A DNA stretch of 63,056 bases, counting the filler, from Collodictyon triciliatum (taxonomy: Eukaryota), in the NCBI GenBank assembly GCA_043381765.1. It is 12 parts of 12 records of this genome, joined end to end, with 100 filler letters (N's around TTAATTAATTAA, not from the genome) between each part and the next. Parts side by side here need not be neighbours in the genome. Positions count along the whole stretch, not along the records: positions 1 to 5,467 come from JBHJMP010005173.1; positions 5,568 to 11,036 come from JBHJMP010005174.1; positions 11,137 to 16,602 come from JBHJMP010005175.1; 9 more parts are not named here. One strand, given 5' to 3'. The notes under the pieces are model-generated. The model saw only the letters and a program-made list of their open reading frames with translations, did no database searches and had not been told where the DNA came from. Made by a program: the position numbers and the translations under genes. Position 1 is the stretch's first letter. Each line of letters opens with the position of its first letter. Of the stretch, positions 1 through 14,300 are shown piece by piece.

Positions 1-125
1 AAAAAAACCTACAAAAAAACCTACAAAAAAACCTACAAAAAAACCTACAAAAAAACCTACAAAAAAACCTACAAAAAAACCTACAAAAAAACCTACAAAA
101 AAAACCTACAAAAAAACCTACAAAA
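1..125. repeat. 12-bp tandem repeat (AAAAAAACCTAC)n
   Basis: About 10 consecutive copies at the window start. Confidence 0.95.
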
Positions 126-276
126 CAACCACCTGGCGACTGATGCAAAAGACCCATCCCAGACAAACACGAGCAATCCACCACTGCCCTCTCTGCCTTC
201 CCTGACCGACCGAATCTTCTCCGGGTCTTTTTCGTCACTTCCGTTCCCGTCATCTCCACAACACCAGCTGCCATCC

Positions 277-3200
277 ATGCAATGGAACCCTCTGAGCCAC
301 ATGAACCCTCTGGGCCCGATGGGTCATATGCCGATGAGCCACATGAACGCCATGAATCCCATGAACCACATGCAAATGAACCACATGGCCCACATGAACC
401 ACATGAACCACATGGGGCAAATGAATATGATGAATCCCATGAACGCAATGGGTGCCCCACACATGCCCCAAATGGTGTCCATGCAAGCCCACTCGCCCTT
501 CCACGCCTCTACGTACCAGCCACACTATATCCAAACAAATGGTCACATGCAATCATTCAACATGCCACAGGCCCCAGGAAGTATCCCCTCACCAGGGCAC
601 TTCCACCCAACACATCCCTCTATGTCTCTCTCTCCACATCATGCTCACCAGATTCATCCCACCCACGCTGCAAACCACTCATTCCCCTCCTCTCCATCTA
701 TCCAAACACCCACATCTGCCAAGCAACTTTCGACCCTGCTCAATCCCGAGCCCGCCAATCTTCTGAAATCGCCAGAATCATCAGGAATCGGTCACCCTGG
801 ACATATGGACCATGATGCCATTCTGAGTCCGCTCAGAGCCCAGCGTATGTTGAATATCACTGCAATCTTACCCTCCTTCTGCACATATATACCATATTAA
901 ATTCTCCAGAATTAATGATAGCTCCTATCACAGGTGAAAAGGTTGATGTCACACAATGCCACACAAAGGAATTTGATCCAGCCTCGACCACACCTGTTTT
1001 GATCCAGGGGCATAATGCACACACAAACATGCACACGCATGCACAAGCATTACCATCACTTACATCGGCCATTTGGGGTGCTCCAATGACCGCCCCAGAG
1101 ACCCGGGTGAAGTCCGAGTTGGACGCCAACGCTTCCATGAGCTTCTCATCAGGCCCTATCCAAGCATACGACCCATCTCCCAAATCTTCACACATATTCA
1201 ACCAAATAATTGTGCGCGCGATGCACGATACTAACTCATCTTCATCTCCCCCGCATCACCATGGAAACACCTTCCCCGCATTCCCACAACAACATCCGCA
1301 ATTGAACTCTCATCATAGTCATCAGAAGCAATCAAATCACCGCCAACCGCAAAGTCCCTCTGTCTCCCAGAAACTCACAGCCACAGACTCCCATGAGCAT
1401 CGCACGAAGAGCAAATCCAGTGCACACACGCACAAACCATCGACACATCCACCAATGCTCGAGCATGTATCTCCAAGCCCGGTGGGGCTCTCCTCCCACA
1501 CAGAACCGCAGTCTCCTCTGCCAGCTTCTGCTTTCTCGTCCCCGACCACACACGCTGCTAAGCGCATATCCCCAGAAGACGACGAAAAAAACTCGAACCC
1601 AAAGAAGCGGTCAATACGACCCGCACCAATACAAACTACGTCTCTGCACAGGGAAAGACATTCGACTTCAAAGAGCACCGCCAAAGTGCCACAGATGCAG
1701 GTGTTGTCTGAATCGGGGTTGGAGAATCTCAGGGCAACTGTGGAGCCGATTCCCATGTCGAACCACAAAGTCCTGGGTCAGAACATCACGCAGGCCGTAG
1801 AGAATGCCATCGTCCCGATTCCAAGCACCGTTGGATATGGCCATGCGCCCGATACCAGTATTTTGAACGACCCATTACAATCGTTCGTGCAACCACCGCT
1901 TGAAAAGCGCGCTGCTGTTGAGGAGAAGCCAGAGAAGCCGATAGAAGGGCATACAACGAGAACAAGCAAAGAGCGTCACAGTAGCAGAAGCCGGAAACTG
2001 CGAAACCATAGGGAAGCTGATAGTTTGTCTCCCAAAAACAACCTATCATTGGATTCCGTGGAGTCAGAAGCCCCAATTCATGTAGACAAACACACAGATG
2101 ACAACCCTTCAACACCAAAAGAAAATTCACCAGAAATCAATCACCAANNNNNNNNNNNNNNNNNNNNNNNNNNNNNNNNNNNNNNNNNNNNNNNNNNNNN
2201 NNNNNNNNNNNNNNNNNNNNNNNNNNNNNNNNNNNNNNNNNNNNNNNNNNNNNNNNNNNNNNNNNNNNNNNNNNNNNNNNNNNNNNNNNNNNNNNNNNNN
2301 NNNNNNNNNNNNNNNNNNNNNNNNNNNNNNNNNNNNNNNNNNNNNNNNNNNNNNNNNNNNNNNNNNNNNNNNNNNNNNNNNNNNNNNNNNNNNNNNNNNN
2401 NNNNNNNNNNNNNNNNNNNNNNNNNNNNNNNNNNNNNNNNNNNNNNNNNNNNNNNNNNNNNNNNNNNNNNNNNNNNNNNNNNNNNNNNNNNNNNNNNNNN
2501 NNNNNNNNNNNNNNNNNNNNNNNNNNNNNNNNNNNNNNNNNNNNNNNNNNNNNNNNNNNNNNNNNNNNNNNNNNNNNNNNNNNNNNNNNNNNNNNNNNNN
2601 NNNNNNNNNNNNNNNNNNNNNNNNNNNNNNNNNNNNNNNNNNNNNNNNNNNNNNNNNNNNNNNNNNNNNNNNNNNNNNNNNNNNNNNNNNNNNNNNNNNN
2701 NNNNNNNNNNNNNNNNNNNNNNNNNNNNNNNNNNNNNNNNNNNNNNNNNNNNNNNNNNNNNNNNNNNNNNNNNNNNNNNNNNNNNNNNNNNNNNNNNNNN
2801 NNNNNNNNNNNNNNNNNCGTAACCGACATCAATATCAGACTACATTTCTGTGCACAAGTATCAAACTACTTCCTTTTTTTTTTTTTAAAAAAAAAAGAAA
2901 AAGTCAACTGGCTTACACCTGAACATTCTAGTCATAATCCACACTGGACACCACCCAATCGCTTTGCAGCCTCCAAACTTCCCTTTTGCAATCGTCACAC
3001 TCAGAGTTTCACCTCCACTATCTTTGTATGAATCGTCCCTTTCATACGGGATACTGTCCCGTAAATGGAAAAACTTTGACGGTTACACTCTTCAAGTTGT
3101 GAAATATCAGACGATTGAAGTATACTTATATATACGTATATACGTATAGATACAAAAATCCGTTAATAAAGTTCACTAAACATGAACAACTCACATATGT

Positions 3201-4493
3201 TTTGGAGATGAAAACAAAGGTGACTATAGAGATTAATTATAATACACATAACTCAAGGAACCCGATTATATACCTGCGCCGTGTCCTCAGACATCAAAAA
3301 TCAATCAGTCACGCACCATGAACAGAGCAACAAAAATGCTAAATAGGACGTATTCTTTGGTAAATATTGCTGGCTTACTCCTCTGCAAACATATATTATC
3401 CATGCAATATTTTCTTTCCCTCTTTCCCTCTTTCCCTCTTTCCCTCTTTCCCTCTTTCCCTCTTTCCCTCTTTCCCTCTTTCCCTCTTTCCCTCTTTCCT
3501 TTCAAAATATCTTCAAGATATCACATCGAGATTATCAATTAATTTTTTTTATTTTTTTTAGGGAAGCCACAAATTCGCCCCGAACATAATTCTACGCTTC
3601 AATTTATCCAACGAGCCTTGGTAAACAAACAAAAATTGAGTTAATACATCATGAGTATAAAAATCTACGGCTGTGCTTTTTCTGATACTATAGTATGCCG
3701 GTTTAAAAAAAAAATAATTAAGAATCAATTAGCAAAAGTTATTTATACTTTTATAAAATTTTAAACACTTTCAGTGCCAAATACACGCTGAGTCTGCTTG
3801 GTGACCGTGGCTTGGAAGAGGAGCAACTGACAAGCAATCGCTTTCGAAACTTTGTCCTTTTTACAGAATCTCACCATCAAAGGTATCCCTTAAATAACAT
3901 TAGAAAAAAATGTAATCGAGGATGGAAAGGAAATTTAGTATTTTTTTCAACACCTGGACGGACGTTTCTATTCTCTTTCTCTTTCTACTGTCTACTGCCA
4001 ACTGCCTTTTTCCTTTTCGGTCACCCATATTCACGTAATCACCAAGAAAGAAACAATCATAACCGGTACAATTACACATAGGAGGTTTGAGCTCTCTCTT
4101 CTACCCAAGACATCGCCAGAGCAGAGCCATCTTTCCCTGGGGTCAAAGAATGCGCGCAGTTTAGAAATCTCACAGGATGCAGAGACTCCTTTGGAACAGG
4201 AACGCGATGACGAATGCAGCAGCGTAGCATCTCCGACGCAAACAAAGTCTCTTCCTGAGAAGCAGCGCGAATACCGTTGGGCGATGGTATCGAACCCTTC
4301 AAACATATCCAGCGATGTCTTGGCCAAAGAGGGCCTGCCGCTGCCTCCACACATGGTCCAGGTTGTGGCAGACAATCTGAGATGGGAGGACATCACATGG
4401 AGTCCAAAGACCATTTTCGTACGCGGTGTGGAATATCCCTTGGTCAACATGACATGGTACTCGACAAAGAGCCTAAAGTCCTATGTTTTTTAG
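277..4493 (+). CDS. Multi-exon hypothetical protein with Met/His/Asn/Pro/Ser-rich low-complexity N-terminal half (spans an N gap; start uncertain)
   Basis: ORF 277.. is joined in frame to ORF 915.. by a GT-AG intron at 845-909. After the gap (2148-2817), short GT-AG-bounded exons near 3561-3620 and 3775-3881 lead to a terminal exon ~4082-4493 ending ...WYSTKSLKSYVF*. No family recognised, and joining across the gap is inferred. Confidence 0.55.
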
Positions 4494-5467
4494 TCTTTAT
4501 CCTCCCTGCTTCTTTTCTTTTCTTTTCTTTTCCTCACTCCTTTTCTCCTGCTTTTTGGCCCACTTCGTATTCGTTTTGGAATGTAAAGATATCAAGTGGA
4601 GAAGAAACGCTGCAAAACAAATGAATTTGGTGAGTTTGTTTGTTTGTTTGTTTGTTTGTTTGTTTGTTTGTTTGTTTGTTTGTTTGTTTGTTTGTTTGTT
4701 TGTTTGTTTGTTTGTTTGTTTGTTTGTTTGTTTGTTTGTTTGTTATATTCATCACACTGAGAGAGACCTATTTTAGAGGAACGAGAAAAAAAAACACAAT
4801 GAATAAGAAAAAGTCCCTTATTGCAAAAACAATCACAGAGAGAAAAAGACACATTTTTCAGAAAATATTATCACACTGGCGTTCTTTCCTTCTTCTCCCA
4901 ACCCACCACACCCTGAAGCGTGCAAGGTAGAAGCGAAATGATAGTCTTCTGCACACGGAGTATATACACGCAACGCGCAATGAGGACAACTCCGCGGCAC
5001 GGGCGACTCCAACGCTCCTAGCTTGTTATCACAGTGATATCTCAAAACGTACAGTATTGCAACCCACAGAACAACAAGACAGATATATTTTATTCTTTAG
5101 TATAAGGATTGTGTGTGAAATGAAGAATCAAGTAAAGTTAAACATCCCCCTCAATGAAGTGGGTTAAAACAATTACGTAAAAAACAGTGAACAAGTTTTA
5201 TGTCATTCGAATGGTTGGGGTATTTTCTTGACGGCTTTTATGGCAATAAATGTTGTTTTAAGAAGTATGAATATCAAATGGCATATTAATAAAAAAGTTC
5301 TTTAGTTCCATTTGATGGAGTAGGAAGATAGACAAAAGGTCATTTTATCATGTTAGCCAGCATGAGTGACGATCAAGTTTCCAAAAATATGGGTAAAAAA
5401 ATAAAAGAAAAGCAGCCGCAAAACGAGGAGCAGATGAAGCGAAAAAAAAAAAAAAAAAAAAAAAAAA

Positions 5468-5567
5468 NNNNNNNNNNNNNNNNNNNNNNNNNNNNNNNNN
5501 NNNNNNNNNNNTTAATTAATTAANNNNNNNNNNNNNNNNNNNNNNNNNNNNNNNNNNNNNNNNNNNN
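5468..5567. other. Artificial contig linker (N-run + TTAATTAATTAA + N-run); one of 11 such linkers
   Basis: The same all-frame-stop 12-mer, flanked by Ns, occurs at 5512, 11081, 16647, 22206, 27772, 33333, 38899, 44457, 49104, 54668 and 60222, mostly ~5.56 kb apart. The segments between them are independent contigs. Confidence 0.97.
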
Positions 5568-6260
5568 TTTTTTTTTTTTTGTTTTTTGTTTTTTGTTTTT
5601 TGTTTTTTGTTTTTTGTTTTTTGTTTTTTGTCTTTTTGTTTATTGTTTTCTGTTTTTTTGTTTTTTTGTTTATTGTTTTTTTGTTTATTGTTTTTTTGTT
5701 TATTGTTTTCTAAGCGACGGCGCAAGCAGTTTTGATCTCGGGCTTTGATCGGCAGCTTTGCTCGAATCCCAAACCTGGAAAATTCAAATCATACCATAAA
5801 AGTCCCCATCAACAAAACAAAACAAAAACCAAAAAAAAGAAAAGAAAAGAAAAGAAAAACCAACTCGCTCGCCTCTTCCTGAAACCAACATGTGAAGACC
5901 TGCGTTGCGGAGAGGAAGCGCGCGAGAATCAACACAAGTCCGCACAACCACTCAAAGGCAGCGTTTGTTTTGTATGTTTAGCTGGGCCTCCTTTTTTCTT
6001 CTTTTTTAACCTTCTATCCTGGGCTTGCTTAAAGGTAAATGGGCAATCAAATAGTACCGCAAGCTTATTGTAAAAAAAGAAAAGGAAAAGAAAAGAAAAA
6101 GAAAAAGGAAAAAGAAAAAGAAAAGGAAAAGGAAAAGGAAAAGGAAAAGGAAGGCTCTGCCTATTGCGCTAGCATCCTATACCCAAGTCTTTTTCACCTT
6201 TCTTTCCTTACAATTTTTCTGCCGCATCACCAGCGGAAGAGAGCAAAGCAACGCAGATCG

Positions 6261-8364
6261 ATGGCCGATGATTCTTCGTGGGTGCTCTATGCTTTGTACA
6301 TACTGCTCTTATTTGCGTTGGCCGGGCACTTGGCGTCACTTGTCTTAAATAGGTAGGCGCGTCCTTTTTATATGGGATCGAGTCGTTGGCCATCGCAAAG
6401 TATCCGCATTTCCTTATGTTCCCAGCAACTTTCTTTACATTTCTTTATCTTTTTTATATTACGTTTTTTTTTATTTATACTATTGCCTCAGAAAATCTTG
6501 ATACGTGACGTAATGATTGATTCTTGTTTAAGGATATCATTATTTTTTTTTGTATAGCATTCTCCTCTCACATACGTTGTTTATTTTCTTTATCGTTTTT
6601 ATTTTCACCTTTATTGTATTGATTTGTGTTTTAGTATCGATGGTAATTGACACTGTCATACAATCATTCATGATAGTGTGTTCTTTTTAACAATGGAAAA
6701 TTCATAGGCAGCAGCACAGTTTCGAGGGCTTACAGAAAATATACACGGTTTTGACGCAAACGCTGGTTATAATCCGGATTGTTTACATGTCAATGCAAGC
6801 TGCAAACTTTAACTGGAAGCACTACTGGATCAAAGTGTCTTTAGTCTGGTCGGATTTCGACTCTATTTCTATTTATTCAATTCTGATTGTTTAATCAAAA
6901 CCTTCCGTTGCGTCCTCATTTTCTGTATTAATTTTTTTGATAGCTCTAACCCTAACTAGTTTAAAATTGTATTAAAGGTTCCCGATAGCTCTACAATATT
7001 CTTCATTTACATGCATTCTGCTGATTTATGTAAAGCATGCGTTTGAAGAGTCTAACATGCCATATTTTCAAGAGAAATGGACCAAGCTGGGACAGCTCTC
7101 CAATATTGTCTTTTATGGCCTGGGCCTATGTAATGACAAACAAACAAACAAACAAACAAACAAACAAACAAACAAACAAACAAACAAACAAACAAACAAA
7201 CAAACAAACAAATGGAATGAATTATCGGCTACTCTGTAAATTGAGTTGTCGTGTTTTTAACCGATCATTTACAGTCTGTATAGGATACGGCGAGATTAGT
7301 GATGACATGAAATTCTCAGAAGACTTTACAATTATTTCATCGTGTTTGATTTATCTTGTTTTGGCTTTTTGCTTCATCATACTGGCAGTTGTGATTTACC
7401 GCAAGCCGAAGGCTTATCCCGTATGATATATTCTTAATTATTTATCTTCTATGCATATATAAATTCTGGTGTTGATAGAATTCACGCCACATCAGGAGTG
7501 TTTATTTCCATTGCTTAGAAATAAATGTACATTTTTATATGTAGAATATTTCCATTTTTCTTTTAATTTTATATCAATCATTTCGCTCAGATAACAGTAC
7601 TTTATGAATCAACTGAGAGGTCGTGGATGGTCTTACTCGTCATCTTGCTGGTTACTTTCGGGCACCGGTCCATCTACAATTGCATTTATATATTTGACTC
7701 GGAGCAAAATACGTCACCTTTCCGACGAGTAAGTTTTACATCCCCTTGATAATTTGTAACATGTTTGTCCATTTTTGTTGCTTTGAGGACTATTTTTTTT
7801 ATCATGATTGTATGTACAGACCAGAGATAGCATCCACATATCTTTTTCTTTTCTTCCCCTTCTTCTAGACGATGGACAACAGGCTAAATACGGAATTCAC
7901 TATATGGGTTATATTTTGGGAAGTTGTCCCTTCTTTTTCAACATTGGCCTTTCTAAAGGTGATCCACTCTATTTCCTTTAATTCACGCCTGACGTAATAT
8001 TTACAATTATTCATGTATAGTTAAGAATACAAATGAACAAAGAATTGAACTTGTTTTGTTATTCTTTCTCTACCTTATATCGACCAGATTCCACAAGGAA
8101 GAGATGCTAAAAAATCGTACACCAGCCAGTATTCCATTCCTGATACAACGTCACAAGCAATTCTCTGGTCACGTGAGTGCTTCATATTTCACATCCTTTC
8201 TCTCTTTTCCTTCTTGTCCATCCACCAGATATCTAACCGGGTTTCATCTAGCCTACCAAAGACATGCAAACCACTTAATGCCTCACGACGCAATCCCTGA
8301 TCCCGATGATGCAAGCTATTACTTGACAAACACAAAAACAGGAGCGCGCCCGTATCAAAAGTAA
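6261..8364 (+). CDS. Multi-pass membrane protein, multi-exon (7TM-like, possibly TOM1/THH1/GPR137-like)
   Basis: Successive hydrophobic exons (MADDSSWVLYALYILLLFALAGHLASLVLN; IISSCLIYLVLAFCFIILAVVIYRKPK; SWMVLLVILLVTFGHRSIYNCI) are separated by GT-AG introns. The family and 3' end are uncertain. Confidence 0.55.
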
Positions 8365-9189
8365 ACCATCGACTCGCTATAGAAACAGTATCCATTATGT
8401 TTCCATCTTTTCCCCCAATTTCGTTTCAGATTAATTGCCTTTAACCTGTTCCTTCATTTTTATTTATGTTATTATATTTCAACAAAAGTGGCGAATGAAA
8501 TAGGAATGCAAAGCACTCGCCCATCTGAAATTTTCTTGTCCATTTGGCGAGCCTTTCTATTGTAATTAGAGGAAATACTAGTAAAGTTTAAATCATAAAT
8601 AGTTTTCGAGGACACACGCCGTACCGAAGCATTCCCCTCCCGCCAGACTCGAGTACAGGGAATGAAGATTTTCTAAGTCGCTCGTGAGGAATCGTGGCAT
8701 TATAATTTTCTTTGCCTCTATTCGGAAGCATGTTTTGCTGATGCGAAACACATTCTCATATTTTTTTTATATATATAATAACATCTCGCCTTGGGCAATA
8801 TTATCTCTCTGAATCAAGTGCAAAGAACACAATCGCGCATTGCTTACCATCGCCCAAACAACATTCTATTTTGACATAATAATAAGCTATCTAAATTCAA
8901 TAAAGTGAACACTTTTGCACCATATCTAATTGGTGATTCATACAAACAAAATACATGATTCATTTCGAGAGTTTCTTTATGTTTTTCACTTTACTTGCGT
9001 GTACTGCTCGCCGATCGGATGCGTAGACTGTGGGGAAAAAAAAACAACCTCCTTTGCTTTTTTATCTAAGAAAAATTGCACTTAAATAATAATATTTTTT
9101 TTCTAGGGAAGTGGGTCCCTTTTGTTTCTGGGTTGTACGAGGAATCATGTAGAGGGCACTGAGTTCTTTCCTAAAGTCTGCGGATTTCA

Positions 9190-10857
9190 ACTTAGTTCAA
9201 ACATTATCTCGAAAAGAATTATGCTTGTATTTAGAATAATTCTACAATGTCCGGAGCATAGTGCTCCTCTACCAGCGATGATACATATTCGGTTCCGTTT
9301 CTTCTTCTTCCTCTTAGATTAAGTACTTACGCAATATAGTCATCGGTCAGCAGGTAGTCTTCTTCTAATGTGATTCCTCTACTGCACCATTTGTGGATTC
9401 ATTCAGACATAGATTTGCAGTCGCATCTGCCAATTTGCAGTCGAAAATTATTACATTTTTTCATAATAAAAGTACTTGAAAGATGCGTAGGACCACATAT
9501 GAGAGAAAAAGAAGGAAAAGATTCAAGAATTGAAATAGATGATTAAAATGACTAATTTTAACCTAAAAAGTTGAATAGAAAGATGGCTACGATGGCTATA
9601 ATTGCAGGGTAATTTATTACTTATGTCTTGCGATGGAGTACCTGTATCAATTACGTCGCATTTCATATGAGCTCTGGGTGAACCTTTAAACGTTGCTACT
9701 AAGCCCAATTCTGCAGCACCAGAAATATTACATGGCACTACAGTTCGAAAATAGCATTATTATTTGTGAGTTTATATTTATAAAAAAAGGTTCAAAAAAT
9801 TACACACACATAAATAAAAAAAAAAGAAAGAAACTATACAATGTAACCGATTGACTGCCAATATACATGTATAAATAGTTACAGAGCTTTCCTAGGATGA
9901 ACTTTCCATCGAAAAGAGTCGATCTGCTTGGGTGTTCTGGCATGTGAGCCTTTTCCAAAGGCTCCATCTCTCCGCTGTTTACTTGGCTGAACAGGGAGTT
10001 TATTTGTTGCAGTTGTGAGTGTTTTTGGTACGGGATTTTCGAGTGAATGAACGTAGGAAATAAGTCCGTCGACCGCGGTTCCTCCCCCAAGATAGTGTAT
10101 CTAAGCTTCAGAAATACAAGGCCGCCTCCGTAGCCCGAGTTGGGACGGTCGAAAAAATGCTGCGAGCGCTGACACCCGTATATATCGAATGATGTGCGGT
10201 GGAATCCAAACTTTCTTGATTCAAGCCATGGTGAGATTCCCAACCTTTGAAGCGGGATTTTCTGGCAAAATATCAAGGGATTAGGAGGGGAGCGGCAGAG
10301 CTGCATCACAGGGACAGTCACTTGCAACAGGGATAGCGGAACAAGCAAGAACAGAAGAAAAATTGATAAATATACATGCATACATATATATATATATATA
10401 GAAGAGAGAAAAGAAAATGTAAAAATAAATGGGAAATAAAAGAAAAGAAAAATGAAATGAAATATGAAAAAAAAAAGAAGAAGAAGAAAGAGTTGCTTCA
10501 GCGTGTCAAGGTTTTGATATTGTGTGAGGATCATACGCTCAGCGGAAGTCTTTTGACATCAAAGGCATTCTCTATTGGCGTGCCGTCATTCTTGAAGCAT
10601 TCCAGCTGCACACCTTCCCAGAGCCCGTGGTCGTATACCAAGAGTTGGAGGATGTTTGGCCCCGTCTCTGTGAGCGACATGTATCCACCCTTCCAAAGTC
10701 GTGGCCGTGTCGTACTTTCTTTGTGGCTGCCAATCGGGTGTTCGGGCAGGTATTCCTTTTTGCGCACTGCTTGTGAGGCGTTGTAGACAACCAGGTATAT
10801 GCCTACATTGGTCTCGGTCGCGAGCAGAGTGTGTGGGGGCTGCGGAGTGGTGCTCAT
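9190..10857 (-). CDS. Multi-exon hypothetical protein
   Basis: Coding-like exons at ~10537-10857, ~9885-10321 and ~9625-9740 are separated by AT-rich introns. No family recognised and the ends are approximate. Confidence 0.45.
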
Positions 10858-10953
10858 CTTTCACTGCTTCAGCTGCTTCTCAGTAGAGTTTTCGTATATT
10901 GTGCGCTTGTTTTATGTGTATTATCTCATTTCTTGTTTTTTTGTTTTTTTTTT

Positions 10954-11036
<83 letters not shown>

Positions 11037-11306
11037 NNNNNNNNNNNNNNNNNNNNNNNNNNNNNNNNNNNNNNNNNNNNTTAATTAATTAANNNNNNNN
11101 NNNNNNNNNNNNNNNNNNNNNNNNNNNNNNNNNNNNTGTTTCTTGTTTCTTGTTTCTTGTTTCTTGTTTCTTGTTTCTTGTTTCTTGTTTCTTGTTTCTT
11201 GTTTCTTGTTTCTTGTTTCTTGTTTCTTGTTTTTTTATGTAAGGTTCCGCATCTTGGTTGCTATGTGGGTGTAATGGGCAGCGTGTAATGTATGTGTAAA
11301 GCATAC

Positions 11307-14300
11307 CTGTTTCTTGAGCTCGTCCTTGAGCTGCTTCACAAACACAACCTTGTCGGGATTTTCAGAGGCATAATCGGCCGAAAAGAAAGCATCCTACAGG
11401 TTGTTTTAATCATTCCATGAGGTTGCTGATGACAGGCACAGTGTTGTGACCGATGTTCGCGAATAGGTCTCTTGGTGTATCGATCAGAAGTGTAGAGATC
11501 TTTACCCGATACTTGTTTACACCACCGTTGACAGCAGCGTCAATCATGCCTGTGAGATGTTTATGTGATTGGACTTAGTTTTTGACATGGATACAACCCC
11601 ATAAGTTGCTCACATTGGATTTGTTAGAGGGGTGGATGACGATGATGTTGTTGATGTTGTTGATGTTGTTGATGTTGTTGATGTTGTTGATGTTGTTGAT
11701 GTTGATGATGTTGATGATGTTGTTGTTGATGATGTTGATGATGATGAAACCGAAAACATAATAAAAACAAACCGTTCAGCAACATAGAGAACGAGCTCAG
11801 TTGAGAGCGATCGACATCGGGCTTTGAGAACCGCATGACGAAATCCTCCAAGTCTTTGTTCTTGGATGTCACGCTCTTTGCTGCATTTTCTACTGGGCTT
11901 AACTCGACCTTTGATTGGTAGTTTGTTTCTTTAAGGTAATAGTTGCAAAAGGAGAGGTCAAGAGCAATTTTTTGAATAGAGTATGTTCGTTGGAATACCG
12001 AGATTCGCTCCAAAACTTCAGAACGGCGGTGGATTGTTGGGAATACGTCATTCACGGTGAGATAGGTGTTGGAAATCCAAAGGTCCTGTACCACGATTAA
12101 ATTGTTAGGCACTGTATTTGGAATGTTGATTATCAGAATGTTAAAAACCCCTATCGTTCAATTGGTCAATGAAGCAAAGGAAGAGACCCAAGCAAATGAA
12201 AATAATCAGAAAATAGTGTGGATTGTGAATGTTAACAGAAAAAAAAGAGTATCAACCTTGAATTCATTTTCGAGTTTTCCTGTTGTTTTGCGAAAAGGAC
12301 GCGAAAAAACAAAAACTTTGAGCTATGGGTAGAATTTTATTAGACGTCGATCTTTTAAAATTACATAATATATATCCTTTTAAAAAAAACCAGGAGAAAC
12401 ACAGATAATTTTTGATTTGTAAAATGTACCGAGTTCATGTTAATATACTTTTGAATACGAGTTGGCAACTGTCTCTTGGGTGGTGGCTTCGTTTGTCCCT
12501 GACAAGAGCCCAACAAGAGCATAAGCAAAAAGTACACACAAAGCGGTTTACAAAAAAAAAACTATGCATAAGGCGTAATAATCGATACCTTCATGTCTTC
12601 AACGGATGACGGGTATACCGTATTGATTTGGATATCTTAAAGCACAAAAAAAAAGCATAATTATTCTGATTATCATAAGAAAACTTGTATTGCTATTATT
12701 ATTGTTATTTGACATGGAGGATTTACATAGCCCATCGCTGTTAACAAGATCGGGTGAAGGCTATAGTATTTAACGAAATCAGGGTTGTTCTTCTCAGTGA
12801 TTTGATTATTGATTTAAGAGATTGCGCTTTCATCAGTTCGTCATCAAAGGAAGAGAAAATTGTATGCATACCGGGGCGGACGATTGCATGATTTCGGCAT
12901 TGGGAAATTTGTTCTGAATGCGCTGGACAAATTCACTGATTTTTTCAAGCTCATATCCGCGATAAACAAACTCTTTTCCTTGGTACTCTGACGGGAATCC
13001 ACGACCAAAATAAGCAACCCTGAAGTATTCGGCGTAGAAGCGCTCTTGGTCAACGATGTTTGTAAGCATCTGTGCCTCGCGCTTCTGTTGTCATCGATGA
13101 TTTGTTTCCAGGTAAAAAAAAGTAATGATGAGCCAATTGATTTGGTTCTCGTTATTAAAATGCGTTTGATTGGGTAGAATAGCTGACCAGTATCTCGCTG
13201 AGCTTGTGGTAATCGTATTGGACCTCTTCGTATTGAACTTTCAGCTCCTTAATCAGCAGAATAGCTCTGTTGTGTCAATGGCGTGAGGTGGGGACGGATA
13301 ATAGGAAAAGTCAATCCATTTTTCCTTTTTGTTGAGAAATGGCTACATAAATCACTCATAATTAAACACTGTTTGACAAGGTAATTATAGAACCTTTCCC
13401 AAAGCTTTCCTTTGTCAAAGTAATCGATGGACTGTAGATATATTCTCTCCTATTAACAAAATAATTTTGGAAATACGTAAGTTTGCTGCAGATAACTTGA
13501 TATATGAAGTATCTATTCTTGAAATTACAATGTCTTATATATGGGAGTTTGTAGAGCCTTCATTCCTGTTTCAGATAGATACACTGGAAGGACGCAAACG
13601 GCATCACCGTGCAGACCAAAGATACGTATATGTGCGTTTACCTTTCGGCTAGCGTGAGTTTCCTCCGGATATTCCCCAATACTCGGGACTGTTTCATCGG
13701 TCCAGTTGAGTAGTTCTCCATGTAGCAACAGTGCGAAGCCAGCCTAGTGACTCAAGGGCTTAGGTCACATTGTGCGAAATACCGAGAAAATAAATGGTTG
13801 TACATAAAGCATACAAGAGAGGAAAGTATTTATTTAGCATATACTAAAATGGAAAAAAGTACCTCAGTAAAGTTGTTGTTGTGGACATGCAAATCACGCA
13901 ACATGTGAACATATTTCTTGTATGCCTCGTGTCTCTCTGTTTGCTTCAAATATGTCTACGTTTGTAAGTTTCATCAGTGGGCATTTGTGTAGACCGCATG
14001 ACGAAAAAGTTGGTATTCAGATTGATTGTAATAATTTGAATGCTTCATATACGAACCATCAGCTTCAATATGGCGAGTGTTCGCTCGTCTTCATAGACAA
14101 GATCCATCGGATAGCTTCTAAGTGCAGACATGAGGTCCAGGAGCTACCAGGGAAGTAAGTTAGATGCATATACCTGTCTGGCTTTCGTAAAAATAAATAT
14201 ATCTGGTGAATACCTGGCGAATGTCATTCAGGAAGCTTTCACTTCGCTTGCTGGCACCCGACTTGGCTGTCTTGAATTTTTCTCGCAGGCTGTTTTGTTT

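Noticed and set aside
4191-4493. AlkB-like resemblance of the segment VRGVEYPLVNMTWY
   Set aside because: The protein ends soon after and has no HxD...H iron-binding motif.
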